Below are positions 47,690-56,524 of a stretch of DNA of 63,509 nt, piece after piece. The notes beneath the pieces were generated by a model. That model saw only the letters and a program-made list of their open reading frames with translations, was not told where the DNA came from and did not search any database. This stretch comes from Candidatus Helarchaeota archaeon (GTDB lineage Archaea > Asgardarchaeota > Lokiarchaeia > Helarchaeales > RDOG01), in the NCBI GenBank assembly GCA_029838215.1, contig JALGVI010000034.1, positions 1 through 63,509 on the forward strand. The letters run 5' to 3'. Positions within the stretch are counted from its first letter, which is position 1. Every line of letters starts with the position of its first letter. The position numbers and the translations under genes are program-made.

Positions 47690-48607
47690 TCATTCCTGGA
47701 GAAACTCTAACAAGATTTGATTGAATTGTTCGGGATATTCTCTAGGGGGAGCGTGACCACAACTTTCGAATAGTTTCAGCGTTGATAGTGGGATTTTTTC
47801 ATTAATGAGCTTGGAATTCTGTAGGCGTATCAATTTATCGAACGTGCCGCAGGTAATGAGAGTGGGAACCTGTATTTTATTTAGGTCATCAACAACGTTG
47901 AATTTCTTTTTCTCTGTAAGGAGCATGAATTTGACGTAGGCTTCTTTTGTAATTGACCGCGTGCGTCTCTGGATCGACCATTTCTTCAGTTTTTTGTAAT
48001 ATTCTCGTTGTTCTTCGGGTAACTTGTCTAAGGTCAAAGATGCAAATCGGGAGGTTGTTTTAATTATCGTGGCGACATCAGTTGTACGGATAAAGTCGAG
48101 AAATGCTTTGGGTGGGGGGTTTTCAAAGCGAGGTGACGTTCCTATTAGGACGAGCCGTTCGACCAACTCCGGGTGAGTTAAAATAAATTGTTGACATACC
48201 ATCCCTCCCAGAGAGTGACCGACGAGAATCACGCGCGTTATTCCCTTTTTCATTAAAAAATCGAACAAATCTTCAGCCAAGTCTTCAATTGTAGTTTTTC
48301 GTGAAGTTAGATCAGTTTCACCATGTCCTTCCTGATCAATTGCAATGAGGCGATAACCGCGGTTCAATAAATAATCGAGTTGGAAGATCCATTCTTCTTT
48401 TGAACCAGAAAATCCGTGAACAAATATGATTGTCCTTGTCCGGTCAGAGTTTAGCTCCCAATATGCCATGTTCAAATTCTGGAGTTGAATCCTTTTCGTT
48501 TTAGGATGTAAATCGGGAAGAAAGTCAAAATCGTTCATCTTAAGTATGGATTGGGAAATTGCCTTAAAATATGTTATTTTGGAATTAATGATTCCCGTAT
48601 TTGCCAC
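47690..48607 (-). CDS. Alpha/beta hydrolase
   Basis: FVHGF, DQEGHG, GHSLGG, CGTFD, CGHAPP. Confidence 0.92.
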   Translation of the reverse strand: MANTGIINSKITYFKAISQSILKMNDFDFLPDLHPKTKRIQLQNLNMAYWELNSDRTRTIIFVHGFSGSKEEWIFQLDYLLNRGYRLIAIDQEGHGETDLTSRKTTIEDLAEDLFDFLMKKGITRVILVGHSLGGMVCQQFILTHPELVERLVLIGTSPRFENPPPKAFLDFIRTTDVATIIKTTSRFASLTLDKLPEEQREYYKKLKKWSIQRRTRSITKEAYVKFMLLTEKKKFNVVDDLNKIQVPTLITCGTFDKLIRLQNSKLINEKIPLSTLKLFESCGHAPPREYPEQFNQILLEFLQE

Positions 48608-48628
48608 GTATTAAGACATGATAAAAAA

Positions 48629-49297
48629 TTAAGAATTATAAATTAGTTCACAAGTGTCGGTTAGATATTTTAAAGTAGTTTTGTATCCCATTTTAAGCAC
48701 GTTAATGACAGGTGTTTTTAGGACTTCAGGTACTTTGAGGATGGAAATATCCTTAATTATCAGGTTGATGGCTCTTTGAGTATATCGTACTTGTTTGAAG
48801 AGTTCTTTTTTCGCATGTTTGAATTCGGGATACGTTCCTTTTATGATATCACCATAAGTGTTGGCATCGGGAATTTTCATCATTTGGTGCGTTTCCACGA
48901 CACGATGGCGAAATGTCTTGAGTTGATATTCAATAATTTCATCATAGTTTTTGTGTTTTGTTTTCAAATTTTGTGCTGTAATATCAAATCTTAAGTACTT
49001 ATCACGATATTTTTCCATTAATTCATCAATGTTGGAGGAATCATATTCTAAAGCGGCTCTAATGACGATATCGATTTGTTTTATGGTTTTAGCTTTTAGG
49101 TCTTTTAGAAATGTATCGTAGATCTGTTTGATAACTGGACTGGAAAGTGGTTGTGCGACTTTTTTTAATTTTTGAGACCTCAAGATGCTTTCAATCACCA
49201 CATCACTCATTCCTTTTTCCACATTCTCCAGTCCAAAAATGATTTCGCGCACCCATGCTGATTTCATTATTTGTAAATTATGTTCGTATTTTTCCAA
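48629..49297 (-). CDS. Hypothetical all-helical protein
   Basis: 222-aa ORF in a same-strand run; no recognised motif. Confidence 0.7.
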   Translation of the reverse strand: MEKYEHNLQIMKSAWVREIIFGLENVEKGMSDVVIESILRSQKLKKVAQPLSSPVIKQIYDTFLKDLKAKTIKQIDIVIRAALEYDSSNIDELMEKYRDKYLRFDITAQNLKTKHKNYDEIIEYQLKTFRHRVVETHQMMKIPDANTYGDIIKGTYPEFKHAKKELFKQVRYTQRAINLIIKDISILKVPEVLKTPVINVLKMGYKTTLKYLTDTCELIYNS

Positions 49298-49334
49298 AGT
49301 GAATTCCTCAAGGATTTAAAATGAGATGCGGGAT

Positions 49335-50606
49335 TCACGCCTTGTATTTTACACCTCGTAGCGTGCAGTCTTTTCCCCCGCATACGATTTCGAGGACACC
49401 GTCGCCATCAAGATCACCAAGCGTTATGACGCGAACGTAGTTGTCCATCTTGTATTCCATGATTTGTTTTCCTGTTGTGCCTTCAAATGCTATAACTCGT
49501 GATTCAGCAGTCCCAATCACGACTTCGGGCTTATTATTACCTGTTATATCTCCAATGGCACATGTATAGACAGGATCGGTCTTGACAGACCAGATTTCTT
49601 TTCCAGTTCCATCAACAACGAGTAAATTATTGCCTGATTTAAGTTCATCAATACCAATCACGATTTCAAGCTTTCCATCACCGGTTAAATCTGCCACACT
49701 TGCACAATGAACCACGTTTTCGAATTTTTTCATCCATAGAACGTTTCCCGTTTCATCAAAAACCTTAAACGTGCCATCTTCGGAACCAGCAAGAACTTCT
49801 GCCTTACCATTTCCAGTTAGGTCACCAACAAGACAGAACAAACCTGTTCTATAATCGATACCCGAATAGTCAACATCTTCGAACTCGTGAGTCCAAAGCT
49901 CCTTTCCAGTATTATCGAATACTTTCAATACCTGATCGGTGCTCGTTCCAATTATTTCAAGTTTTCCATCTCCGGTAATGTCTCCGATCTCTAAATGGCG
50001 GACTTGATCTTCAAATGACCCTTGCCAAAGTTCTTTTTTCGTTTCATAATCTATCACGCGAAGTGTACGATCCCTGGAGCCGAAGATGACTTCCTTTCGA
50101 CCATTTCCCGTGATGTCAGCAACTCTAATGACATAAATCCATTTTTTCGTAGGAAATGTCCAGATTTCCTCACCTTTAGCATCAAAAACATGAATTTTTT
50201 TATCACACCCTCCACAAAGCACTTCATTTTTTCCATCATTGTTTACATCATTAATGATACAAGTTATTACGGCTCGAAAAAACTTTTCAGCACCAAATTT
50301 CCATAGAACAGAGCCATTGTCACCTTGTACAACGCGAAGTGAAGCATCCTCAGACGCACCAACGGCTTCGGCTTTACCATTACCAGTAAGATCTCCCGTG
50401 GCACAATCGTATATAAACCAATCATATTCCTGTAACCACAACTCTTTTTCATCTTTGACACGAGAATCAAATTCTTTCCATTCGGCTTTGTGGTCCATTT
50501 CTGATCCTTTGGGCATGACGGTCACCTCTATTTCTTCATCTAAACAAGCAAAAATGATCTTTTTGTATTTGGTCTCTTTTTTACTTTTAAGTCTTGTTTT
50601 GCTCAT
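49335..50606 (-). CDS. FG-GAP/VCBS-repeat beta-propeller protein, no signal peptide
   Basis: About eight repeats of (G/A)D(L/I)(T/N/D)G(N/D)GxxE(V/I); basic, non-hydrophobic N-terminus. Confidence 0.85.
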   Translation of the reverse strand: MSKTRLKSKKETKYKKIIFACLDEEIEVTVMPKGSEMDHKAEWKEFDSRVKDEKELWLQEYDWFIYDCATGDLTGNGKAEAVGASEDASLRVVQGDNGSVLWKFGAEKFFRAVITCIINDVNNDGKNEVLCGGCDKKIHVFDAKGEEIWTFPTKKWIYVIRVADITGNGRKEVIFGSRDRTLRVIDYETKKELWQGSFEDQVRHLEIGDITGDGKLEIIGTSTDQVLKVFDNTGKELWTHEFEDVDYSGIDYRTGLFCLVGDLTGNGKAEVLAGSEDGTFKVFDETGNVLWMKKFENVVHCASVADLTGDGKLEIVIGIDELKSGNNLLVVDGTGKEIWSVKTDPVYTCAIGDITGNNKPEVVIGTAESRVIAFEGTTGKQIMEYKMDNYVRVITLGDLDGDGVLEIVCGGKDCTLRGVKYKA

Positions 50607-50762
50607 GTAAAATATAATTTCTCGTCTTCATTTTAACCTGCAATAGACTACTGACACGCGATTTATTTTTCAAGAAGAAATTGCTTTTTTTGCATACAAA
50701 TTTGTATGCAAGAATTATCATTTCCAAAAAGATTTGTATTGCAATCGTGATTTCTTTGAGGA

Positions 50763-51527
50763 TCATGTCAAATTTATTTTCTTCACGATTTCCTTGACGG
50801 CAATCAGGCTTGATGCATCTGGAGTAACTTCAAGGATAGATGCACCTCTCAAGTCAAGATCGGTTATGGCATCGTCTAAAGGTACTTGTCCTATTACTGA
50901 CAAGTCGTTATCTCTTGCATATTGCAGGAGTCGATCAATATTTCCATGGACTTTATTTATGACGAGATACATTTCTTTCGTTTGCGTGAATTTGTATGCA
51001 GTTTTTTTTATTGCCAGAGCCGTCTGCAGGCTTCTGAGACTTGAATCGGATACAATTATGAGTGTATCGACCACTCGAATGACCTTTCGGTTGATTTGTT
51101 CGAGTCCGGCTTCACAATCGATGATCATCAATTCGAAGCTTTCACAGAATTTCTCAATAACTTCGCGCAGTAACGTGTTTGCAGGGCAGAAACAACCTTT
51201 TGTCTCGGGCTGACCCATTGCCAGTAGAGAAAACTGTTTTGTTTCAATCAGGGCTTCGAGAACGCGATATTCAATACTCTGAACGAAATCTTGTTTTTCA
51301 TCTTCATCTTTTCTTGCAGCAACACCGATGACTTCTTTTCGGATGGTCTCGATGTTTTTATCAGTCTTTAAACCCAGAATTGTTGTCAAATGGCTCATTG
51401 TAGGGTCGGCATCCACCATCAGTATCTTTTTTTGTCCCATTTCAATCAAGCTTTTAAGAAAGAGTCCGGTAAAGATAGTTTTCCCCACGCCACCTTTTCC
51501 CACGATGGCGATCACGCGGTTTTTCAT
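50763..51527 (-). CDS. cooC: CooC/AcsF-type nickel-insertion ATPase
   Basis: GKGGVGKT, VDADP, GCFCPAN, IDCEAGLE. Confidence 0.9.
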   Translation of the reverse strand: MKNRVIAIVGKGGVGKTIFTGLFLKSLIEMGQKKILMVDADPTMSHLTTILGLKTDKNIETIRKEVIGVAARKDEDEKQDFVQSIEYRVLEALIETKQFSLLAMGQPETKGCFCPANTLLREVIEKFCESFELMIIDCEAGLEQINRKVIRVVDTLIIVSDSSLRSLQTALAIKKTAYKFTQTKEMYLVINKVHGNIDRLLQYARDNDLSVIGQVPLDDAITDLDLRGASILEVTPDASSLIAVKEIVKKINLT

Positions 51528-51530
51528 TTT

Positions 51531-52328
51531 TTATTTCTCCTCCTTGTTATTTTCTTCTCGATATTGCCGCATTAGTTTTATCATGTCTTCGATTTCATCA
51601 CAGACTTCGGAGTAATCGCAGGCATCGCATTCCCAATCAAATTCACAATCTTCCCTTTTCTTAAGCACGTCTTCATATTTTTTATATAGGTTGGCAACGT
51701 AGGGCTTTGAAAGTGCTGCTGCAATCTTGCTACCAATTTTTTCCAGATCTTTCACGTTTGCTTGCTTGCTGGTAATGAAATAGATTTCAATGGCTTGAAT
51801 TTCGGGAAAAGACTCTAGATAAGTTACCATTAATGCCTTGCCCAGATCCTGAAACGTGAATCCTTTTTCAGCAGCTTCCGTGCTCACGCGACACCAGAGT
51901 TTACGCGGGATGCTTCTTACCATGTAACCTTCGAGATAGTTTGAAATGTTGGCCGCACGTTCGTATTTCTTATATTTTTCAGGTTCTAGGTTGTTGCCCC
52001 CGATGAAAATTATCTGTCCGAAATCTAAATCAGCATCCCGTGATTCGGGAATGTCCGGACCGATCAAGGTAATTTTTCCGGGTGAAATGGTAAATTCATC
52101 ATCAACAGTAAGAACGATAGAAACAGAGGCTGATTTCGGAGAACCAAGTTCAACCCACGTATTTTCCTTCAAGATAATATTCTCGCTTGAATCGCTATCG
52201 AGCTTGAATTTCAAGGATTTCTTGAGAGATTCAAGGTCAAGGGCATGAGACCACTCCTTGACTTGATCAATTTTTCGTTTTTTATCAGCGATGAAGATCA
52301 TGAGTTCTTTAAAAAACACGGAAATCAT
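51531..52328 (-). CDS. Stand-alone acetyl-CoA synthase beta (CdhC) middle-domain-like protein with Cys-rich tail
   Basis: VELGSP, ITLIGPDI, EGYMVRS..KLWCRVSTEAAEKGF match ACS-beta; tail CEFDWECDACDYSEVC. Confidence 0.72.
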   Translation of the reverse strand: MISVFFKELMIFIADKKRKIDQVKEWSHALDLESLKKSLKFKLDSDSSENIILKENTWVELGSPKSASVSIVLTVDDEFTISPGKITLIGPDIPESRDADLDFGQIIFIGGNNLEPEKYKKYERAANISNYLEGYMVRSIPRKLWCRVSTEAAEKGFTFQDLGKALMVTYLESFPEIQAIEIYFITSKQANVKDLEKIGSKIAAALSKPYVANLYKKYEDVLKKREDCEFDWECDACDYSEVCDEIEDMIKLMRQYREENNKEEK

Positions 52329-52377
52329 TCCTGTTTAAATATAATATCGTGGAGCAAGAAAGCCGTACATGGAAAGC

Positions 52378-53214
52378 TTAGAAGTCCCACTTTTTAAGGG
52401 TGCGTTTTTTTGGCTTGGATTTTTTAATCAATTCATCTTTGGCGAAAAGTGCAGCACCCAGTGCTCCCATTAATTGGGGGTCCATTGGTAATTTTTTGAT
52501 TTCAAACCCTAATTTTTTCTCAAGTGCGTTGACCACGCCTTCATTTTTTGCCACGCCGCCGCTTATGGTGACGTCCTTCACGATCCCCACTCGATTTACA
52601 AGCGACATGATTCGAGAAGCAATGGCTTCGTGTATTCCCGCAATAATGTCTTCTACTTTTTTTCCTTCGGCAATGAGCGAAACGACTTCGGTTTCAGCAA
52701 ATACACTACATTGAGCGGTGATGAGAGCAGGATGTTTTGACAGGAATGATATTCTTCCCATGTCATCGAGTTTCACTTCTAGAGCACGTGCCATTACTTC
52801 CAAAAACCGTCCCGTTCCAGCCGCACATTTATCATTCATTGCAAAATCCAATAGCTTGCCCGTTTCGTCGATTTTTATGACTTTTGAATCTTGTCCACCG
52901 ATGTCGATGATCATTCGCACGCTTTCGAGTTGAGAATGAGCACCTCTTCCGTGGCACGTGATTTCAGAAATGTTGGAATTCGCAAATGGAATCCGAACGC
53001 GACCATATCCCGTCCCAATTATGTATTGAACATCAGCACGGGTCAGGTTGTCTTTTTCCAAAGCCCGATCGTATGCATTATTTGCCGTTTTTGCGGGAAT
53101 TGGTGAGGTTGGAACAATTGCAGAACTAATAATTTTATAGTTATTCCCCGGTTCAAATTCTAGAATTACAGTCTTTCCTGTTAGTGATCCGACATCGATA
53201 CCCGCTACAATCAT
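52378..53214 (-). CDS. ATP-dependent acyl-CoA dehydratase/reductase activase (HgdC/BcrA-type ASKHA ATPase)
   Basis: GIDVGS, TGYGR, EITCH, IDIGGQDSK, NDKCAAGTGRFLE, CSVFAE. Confidence 0.93.
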   Translation of the reverse strand: MIVAGIDVGSLTGKTVILEFEPGNNYKIISSAIVPTSPIPAKTANNAYDRALEKDNLTRADVQYIIGTGYGRVRIPFANSNISEITCHGRGAHSQLESVRMIIDIGGQDSKVIKIDETGKLLDFAMNDKCAAGTGRFLEVMARALEVKLDDMGRISFLSKHPALITAQCSVFAETEVVSLIAEGKKVEDIIAGIHEAIASRIMSLVNRVGIVKDVTISGGVAKNEGVVNALEKKLGFEIKKLPMDPQLMGALGAALFAKDELIKKSKPKKRTLKKWDF

Positions 53215-53360
53215 CGTGCATTCACTCTCATGCTATTAATTAGCTGTTGGTCTCCGAGCTCTGTAAACGACTCCACGTGTATTTAAATTTGTCTAAATCT
53301 GTCTAGAATGTTTCCATTTAAAATGATTTAGTATATTGGAGTAAAGTATTGGACGATTCA

Positions 53361-53903
53361 TTACTCTTTGATTTCTTCAGAGGATGACAGGTTTTCCTTT
53401 TCTTTCTTATCACGTTTGACGTGTCCGAGCTTCGTTATTATTAGCATCATGACAGTGTAAAGACCCATGAACATTATGGAAAATAAATAAACATCCCACG
53501 TGAACTGGAAAAGAGAAAGACCAATACCCAAACAAAAACCCGTAATCACGCGTCGAGTATTAGTGCTTTCCCTGGCATACCACGTCAATTTTTGCACGCC
53601 CCAATCAATGATCATTGGTAGTGAGAATATTATCATGAGAATAACAGTATTTATTGCGCCAATTGGAAGGGTTTGACGAAGTCCAGGTAAGGGTAAGATT
53701 GAAAATCCAAAAATTATAAAAAATATCGTGGTTAGGATGAATCCCAAGTATATGCCAGTACATCGAGCGCAAAGCCGTGTTTCATGTGAACCGACCTTAA
53801 GCCGAATGGTATGCGCGTAATAATCTTCATGACCTTTTCGATGATGACTGCAAAAACCATAGGAGGATTTTTTCTTATTTTTTTTAGACATGAAAAAAGC
53901 CAT
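53361..53903 (-). CDS. DUF2085-like membrane protein
   Basis: FCSHH...LCARCTGIYLG, PMIIDWGVQ, RRVITGFCLG. Confidence 0.8.
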   Translation of the reverse strand: MAFFMSKKNKKKSSYGFCSHHRKGHEDYYAHTIRLKVGSHETRLCARCTGIYLGFILTTIFFIIFGFSILPLPGLRQTLPIGAINTVILMIIFSLPMIIDWGVQKLTWYARESTNTRRVITGFCLGIGLSLFQFTWDVYLFSIMFMGLYTVMMLIITKLGHVKRDKKEKENLSSSEEIKE

Positions 53904-54331
53904 CAGATGAATCCGAGCAACAAGACTGAAACCAAAAATACGATGATCAATATCATCGTGACGCCACCGCGATATCCGTGTTCGGTATCGATTCTAACCA
54001 CGTCGGTCTTAAAGGTCTCAGTCTCGCCATCCTCGTTTGTGAGCGTGATTGTTTCGGGAATTAAAAGCCCTTCTTTCACCTTTTCTTTCGGTCTTTTTCG
54101 TTTCACGTGCACCGTGAAACAGGGTTCTTCGGTATCCTCGCCACCAATTTCTTTAGTTCCGAGCGAGACTTGATAGGTATTTTTTTCGTCAATTTTTTCG
54201 AGCAATTTAATTCCTTGTTTTTTAAACTTGCGGATCTTTTGTCTCTTCAAAAATAAATCGCGTTCACGCTTGATTCGTTCTTCTCGTTCGGTTGCCAACA
54301 AGATCACCTTCAAAAACGTATATATTCTCAT
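53903..54331 (-). CDS. Hypothetical protein with protease-prodomain-like motif and C-terminal TM anchor
   Basis: FTVHVKRKRPKEKV...IPETI...KTDVV then GVTMILIIVFLVSVLLLGFI. Confidence 0.55.
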   Translation of the reverse strand: MRIYTFLKVILLATEREERIKRERDLFLKRQKIRKFKKQGIKLLEKIDEKNTYQVSLGTKEIGGEDTEEPCFTVHVKRKRPKEKVKEGLLIPETITLTNEDGETETFKTDVVRIDTEHGYRGGVTMILIIVFLVSVLLLGFI

Positions 54332-54342
54332 TCTTTTAAGTT

Positions 54343-54708
54343 TTGTTCAAGGCGATCATGATGGATCAGGAGGCATTCCGACTAACTTGTCCGAAAGGGC
54401 ACGAAGAGCTCGTATTCGTGGCAATGGATCGAAACCAAGACTATTTTTATGTTTGTCCGACGTGCGTGAAGGAATATCCTGCAAGCTTCGTTAAAGAAAA
54501 AACAGAAACACTTCACGAAATTAGACTCGATGGCTTTAAAATAACCTGTCCACAAAAACATGAAAGTGGCGATGTTCGATTCAAGATCAGGCTGGATTTC
54601 GAACTTGACATCATTGAGGGCACGTATCATTGCCAAGAGTGCGATATAGAATACTACGTGCCAGTAGAAGACGTGGAATTATTGCGGAAATATGTCTTGC
54701 AAGAATGA
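54343..54708 (+). CDS. Tandem zinc-binding (CPxxH...CxxC x2) protein
   Basis: CPKGH/CPTC and CPQKH/CQEC. Confidence 0.72.
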   Translation: MFKAIMMDQEAFRLTCPKGHEELVFVAMDRNQDYFYVCPTCVKEYPASFVKEKTETLHEIRLDGFKITCPQKHESGDVRFKIRLDFELDIIEGTYHCQECDIEYYVPVEDVELLRKYVLQE

Positions 54709-54712
54709 ATTT

Positions 54713-55204
54713 TCATTCAACGATTGGGATCTTAATCGTCAAAACGCCATTACGTAATTCAGCATCTGCCTTTGTTGGATCGACGATTTTGGGTAGGGAA
54801 ATCACCTTATTTATCTCGCGAGTTTTACCGTTAAAGGGGACCTTGCCAAAAATGCGAATTCGTTTTGGAGCACAATTCAAATCGAGGTTCTCCTTCGAGA
54901 AACCGGGCACGTCGATTTCGACCTGAAGATAGTTACCTACTTGATCAATCTCGGGAAAAGGTGGATTTAGATCAAAAAATTTCAGAAGTTTGTTGACATC
55001 ATTCAAGTAAATATCCTTCTTGCCCAAATCCAGTCCGGTGATGCGTTCAACCTCGTCTCGAAGTCCGCCAATCGCATTTTTGACGTTATCAAATCCTTCT
55101 TTTAGTAGGGATATTGTCGATGAAGTCTTGAATTTCTTGCGTAATCGTTCTTCTTCATCGTCCAAGCGTTCGATCAAGTCATCAACGAGTCGTCGAAATA
55201 CCAT
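54713..55204 (-). CDS. Small heat-shock protein (Hsp20/alpha-crystallin)
   Basis: EIDVPGFSKENL...ISLPKIVD...AELRNGVLTIKIP. Confidence 0.93.
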   Translation of the reverse strand: MVFRRLVDDLIERLDDEEERLRKKFKTSSTISLLKEGFDNVKNAIGGLRDEVERITGLDLGKKDIYLNDVNKLLKFFDLNPPFPEIDQVGNYLQVEIDVPGFSKENLDLNCAPKRIRIFGKVPFNGKTREINKVISLPKIVDPTKADAELRNGVLTIKIPIVE

Positions 55205-55214
55205 TCCTAAAACC

Positions 55215-55760
55215 TCATCGTATCTTTACTTCCACAAAACCATCTTCTTCTTCGCTTTGTCTTATCTTTTCATTAACAATATTTAGGTGCGCTTCGATCA
55301 TTCCCCGTAATTTAAGCAGTCGCTCGAGAATCATTTCATCATGAGTTTCGAATTTTCGATTTTTAATCAGCAAGTAGTTGCGTTCCATTTTTTTTATAAC
55401 AAGATCCAGGACATCGAGACCTTCAAATTGCTCAGCGCCATAACTCAAGATGAGATCATGGAAATCCGTTGTTTTTTCAAAGTATTCGAATGTATCCTCG
55501 AGTGCTTCCAGCCCATCTTTTGTTATTTCATAAGGGGCTTTGGTTCCTATTTTTTCTTCTTCAATTGTTCGGAGAAGACCTTTTTCTTCCAAGCGCTTTA
55601 AGATTGGATGCACGGTCCCAGCTTTAGGAATCCAAGCGTCCCGAAATTCTATCTCCAAGATCTTGATAAGATCTTTGGAAAGGATGCGTTCTTCTTTTTT
55701 AATAGCAAGAAGAATTAAGTATTCTATTACTGATCTAATACTAGCTTGAGCTGGAAACAT
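55215..55760 (-). CDS. PadR family transcriptional regulator
   Basis: WIPKAGTVHPILKRLEEKGLL...YEITKDG; start placed at MFPAQ rather than the track start 55943. Confidence 0.9.
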   Translation of the reverse strand: MFPAQASIRSVIEYLILLAIKKEERILSKDLIKILEIEFRDAWIPKAGTVHPILKRLEEKGLLRTIEEEKIGTKAPYEITKDGLEALEDTFEYFEKTTDFHDLILSYGAEQFEGLDVLDLVIKKMERNYLLIKNRKFETHDEMILERLLKLRGMIEAHLNIVNEKIRQSEEEDGFVEVKIR

Positions 55761-55797
55761 TATCATTAATTCCAATTTTTTTCCTATTATTACATAT

Positions 55798-55934
55798 TTA
55801 GAGGTCTTAAAAAAATTTCCTTCTACTGGAAATTGTGTCGGCTGTTTTCGACACCACAAGGTTTTTATAGGTAGAGGTCTAAAAAAAGTATCAACAAAAG
55901 TTAGAGATCTAACATTAAAAAATGAGATCTCTAA
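55798..55934. promoter_or_regulatory. Four TAGAGRTCT boxes in the divergent PadR intergenic region
   Basis: TTAGAGGTCT 55798, TAGAGGTCT 55872, TTAGAGATCT 55901, inverted AGATCTCTAA 55925. Confidence 0.5.
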
Positions 55935-55972
55935 AAAACCCACTCAAAAAAATCCTATCGAAGTGAAAAAAA

Positions 55973-56446
55973 ATGGCTGAAGAAAAAAAAGAAACAATCA
56001 TTGACGTTTTGTTAAAACCAATTCGTTCAATCCTGAGTCCTGAAGAAGGCGAAGAACGCCCCTCTCTCGCAGAGAGAATAGAAAAATTCCGTGAGACCCT
56101 TGGTCTTGATAAAGTAGATGAAAAAGTAAAAGAAGTCTTGAAAGAACTCGAAGTTGATAAACGAGTTGAGAAGATCAAGAAAATCAATGAAATTGTAGGC
56201 ATTACAGAATTAACTGGTCGAGTAAAAGAATTCATTGAACGATTAGATCTTCCCAATCAACGTGAAAAATTGAAGGAAAGCCTTGAAAAATTAGGCGTTA
56301 AAAGTGAACGAGTTCAGGACATCCTTGATGATTTAGGCATTAAAGAAAGAGAGACCAAGATTCAAGAAATCATGGAAGTTGCAGGTCTTGGTGCGGACTT
56401 CAAGGAAATGAAGGAACTCTTGGGAATTGATAAAAAAGAAGCGTAA
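55973..56446 (+). CDS. Charged helical-repeat hypothetical protein
   Basis: Recurrent xLG(L/I/V)(D/K) turns between amphipathic helices. Confidence 0.75.
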   Translation: MAEEKKETIIDVLLKPIRSILSPEEGEERPSLAERIEKFRETLGLDKVDEKVKEVLKELEVDKRVEKIKKINEIVGITELTGRVKEFIERLDLPNQREKLKESLEKLGVKSERVQDILDDLGIKERETKIQEIMEVAGLGADFKEMKELLGIDKKEA

Positions 56447-56524
56447 TCTTGATACACCCACGCCTCATTTTTTTATTTTTTTTTGTTTTAACTCTTTTTA
56501 TTGATTGTTTGTCCTTCTATAGAT

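Noticed and set aside
55761-55943. 61-aa N-terminal extension of PadR in the track
   Set aside because: It covers the AT-rich divergent promoter and repeated boxes; PadR similarity starts at MFPAQ.
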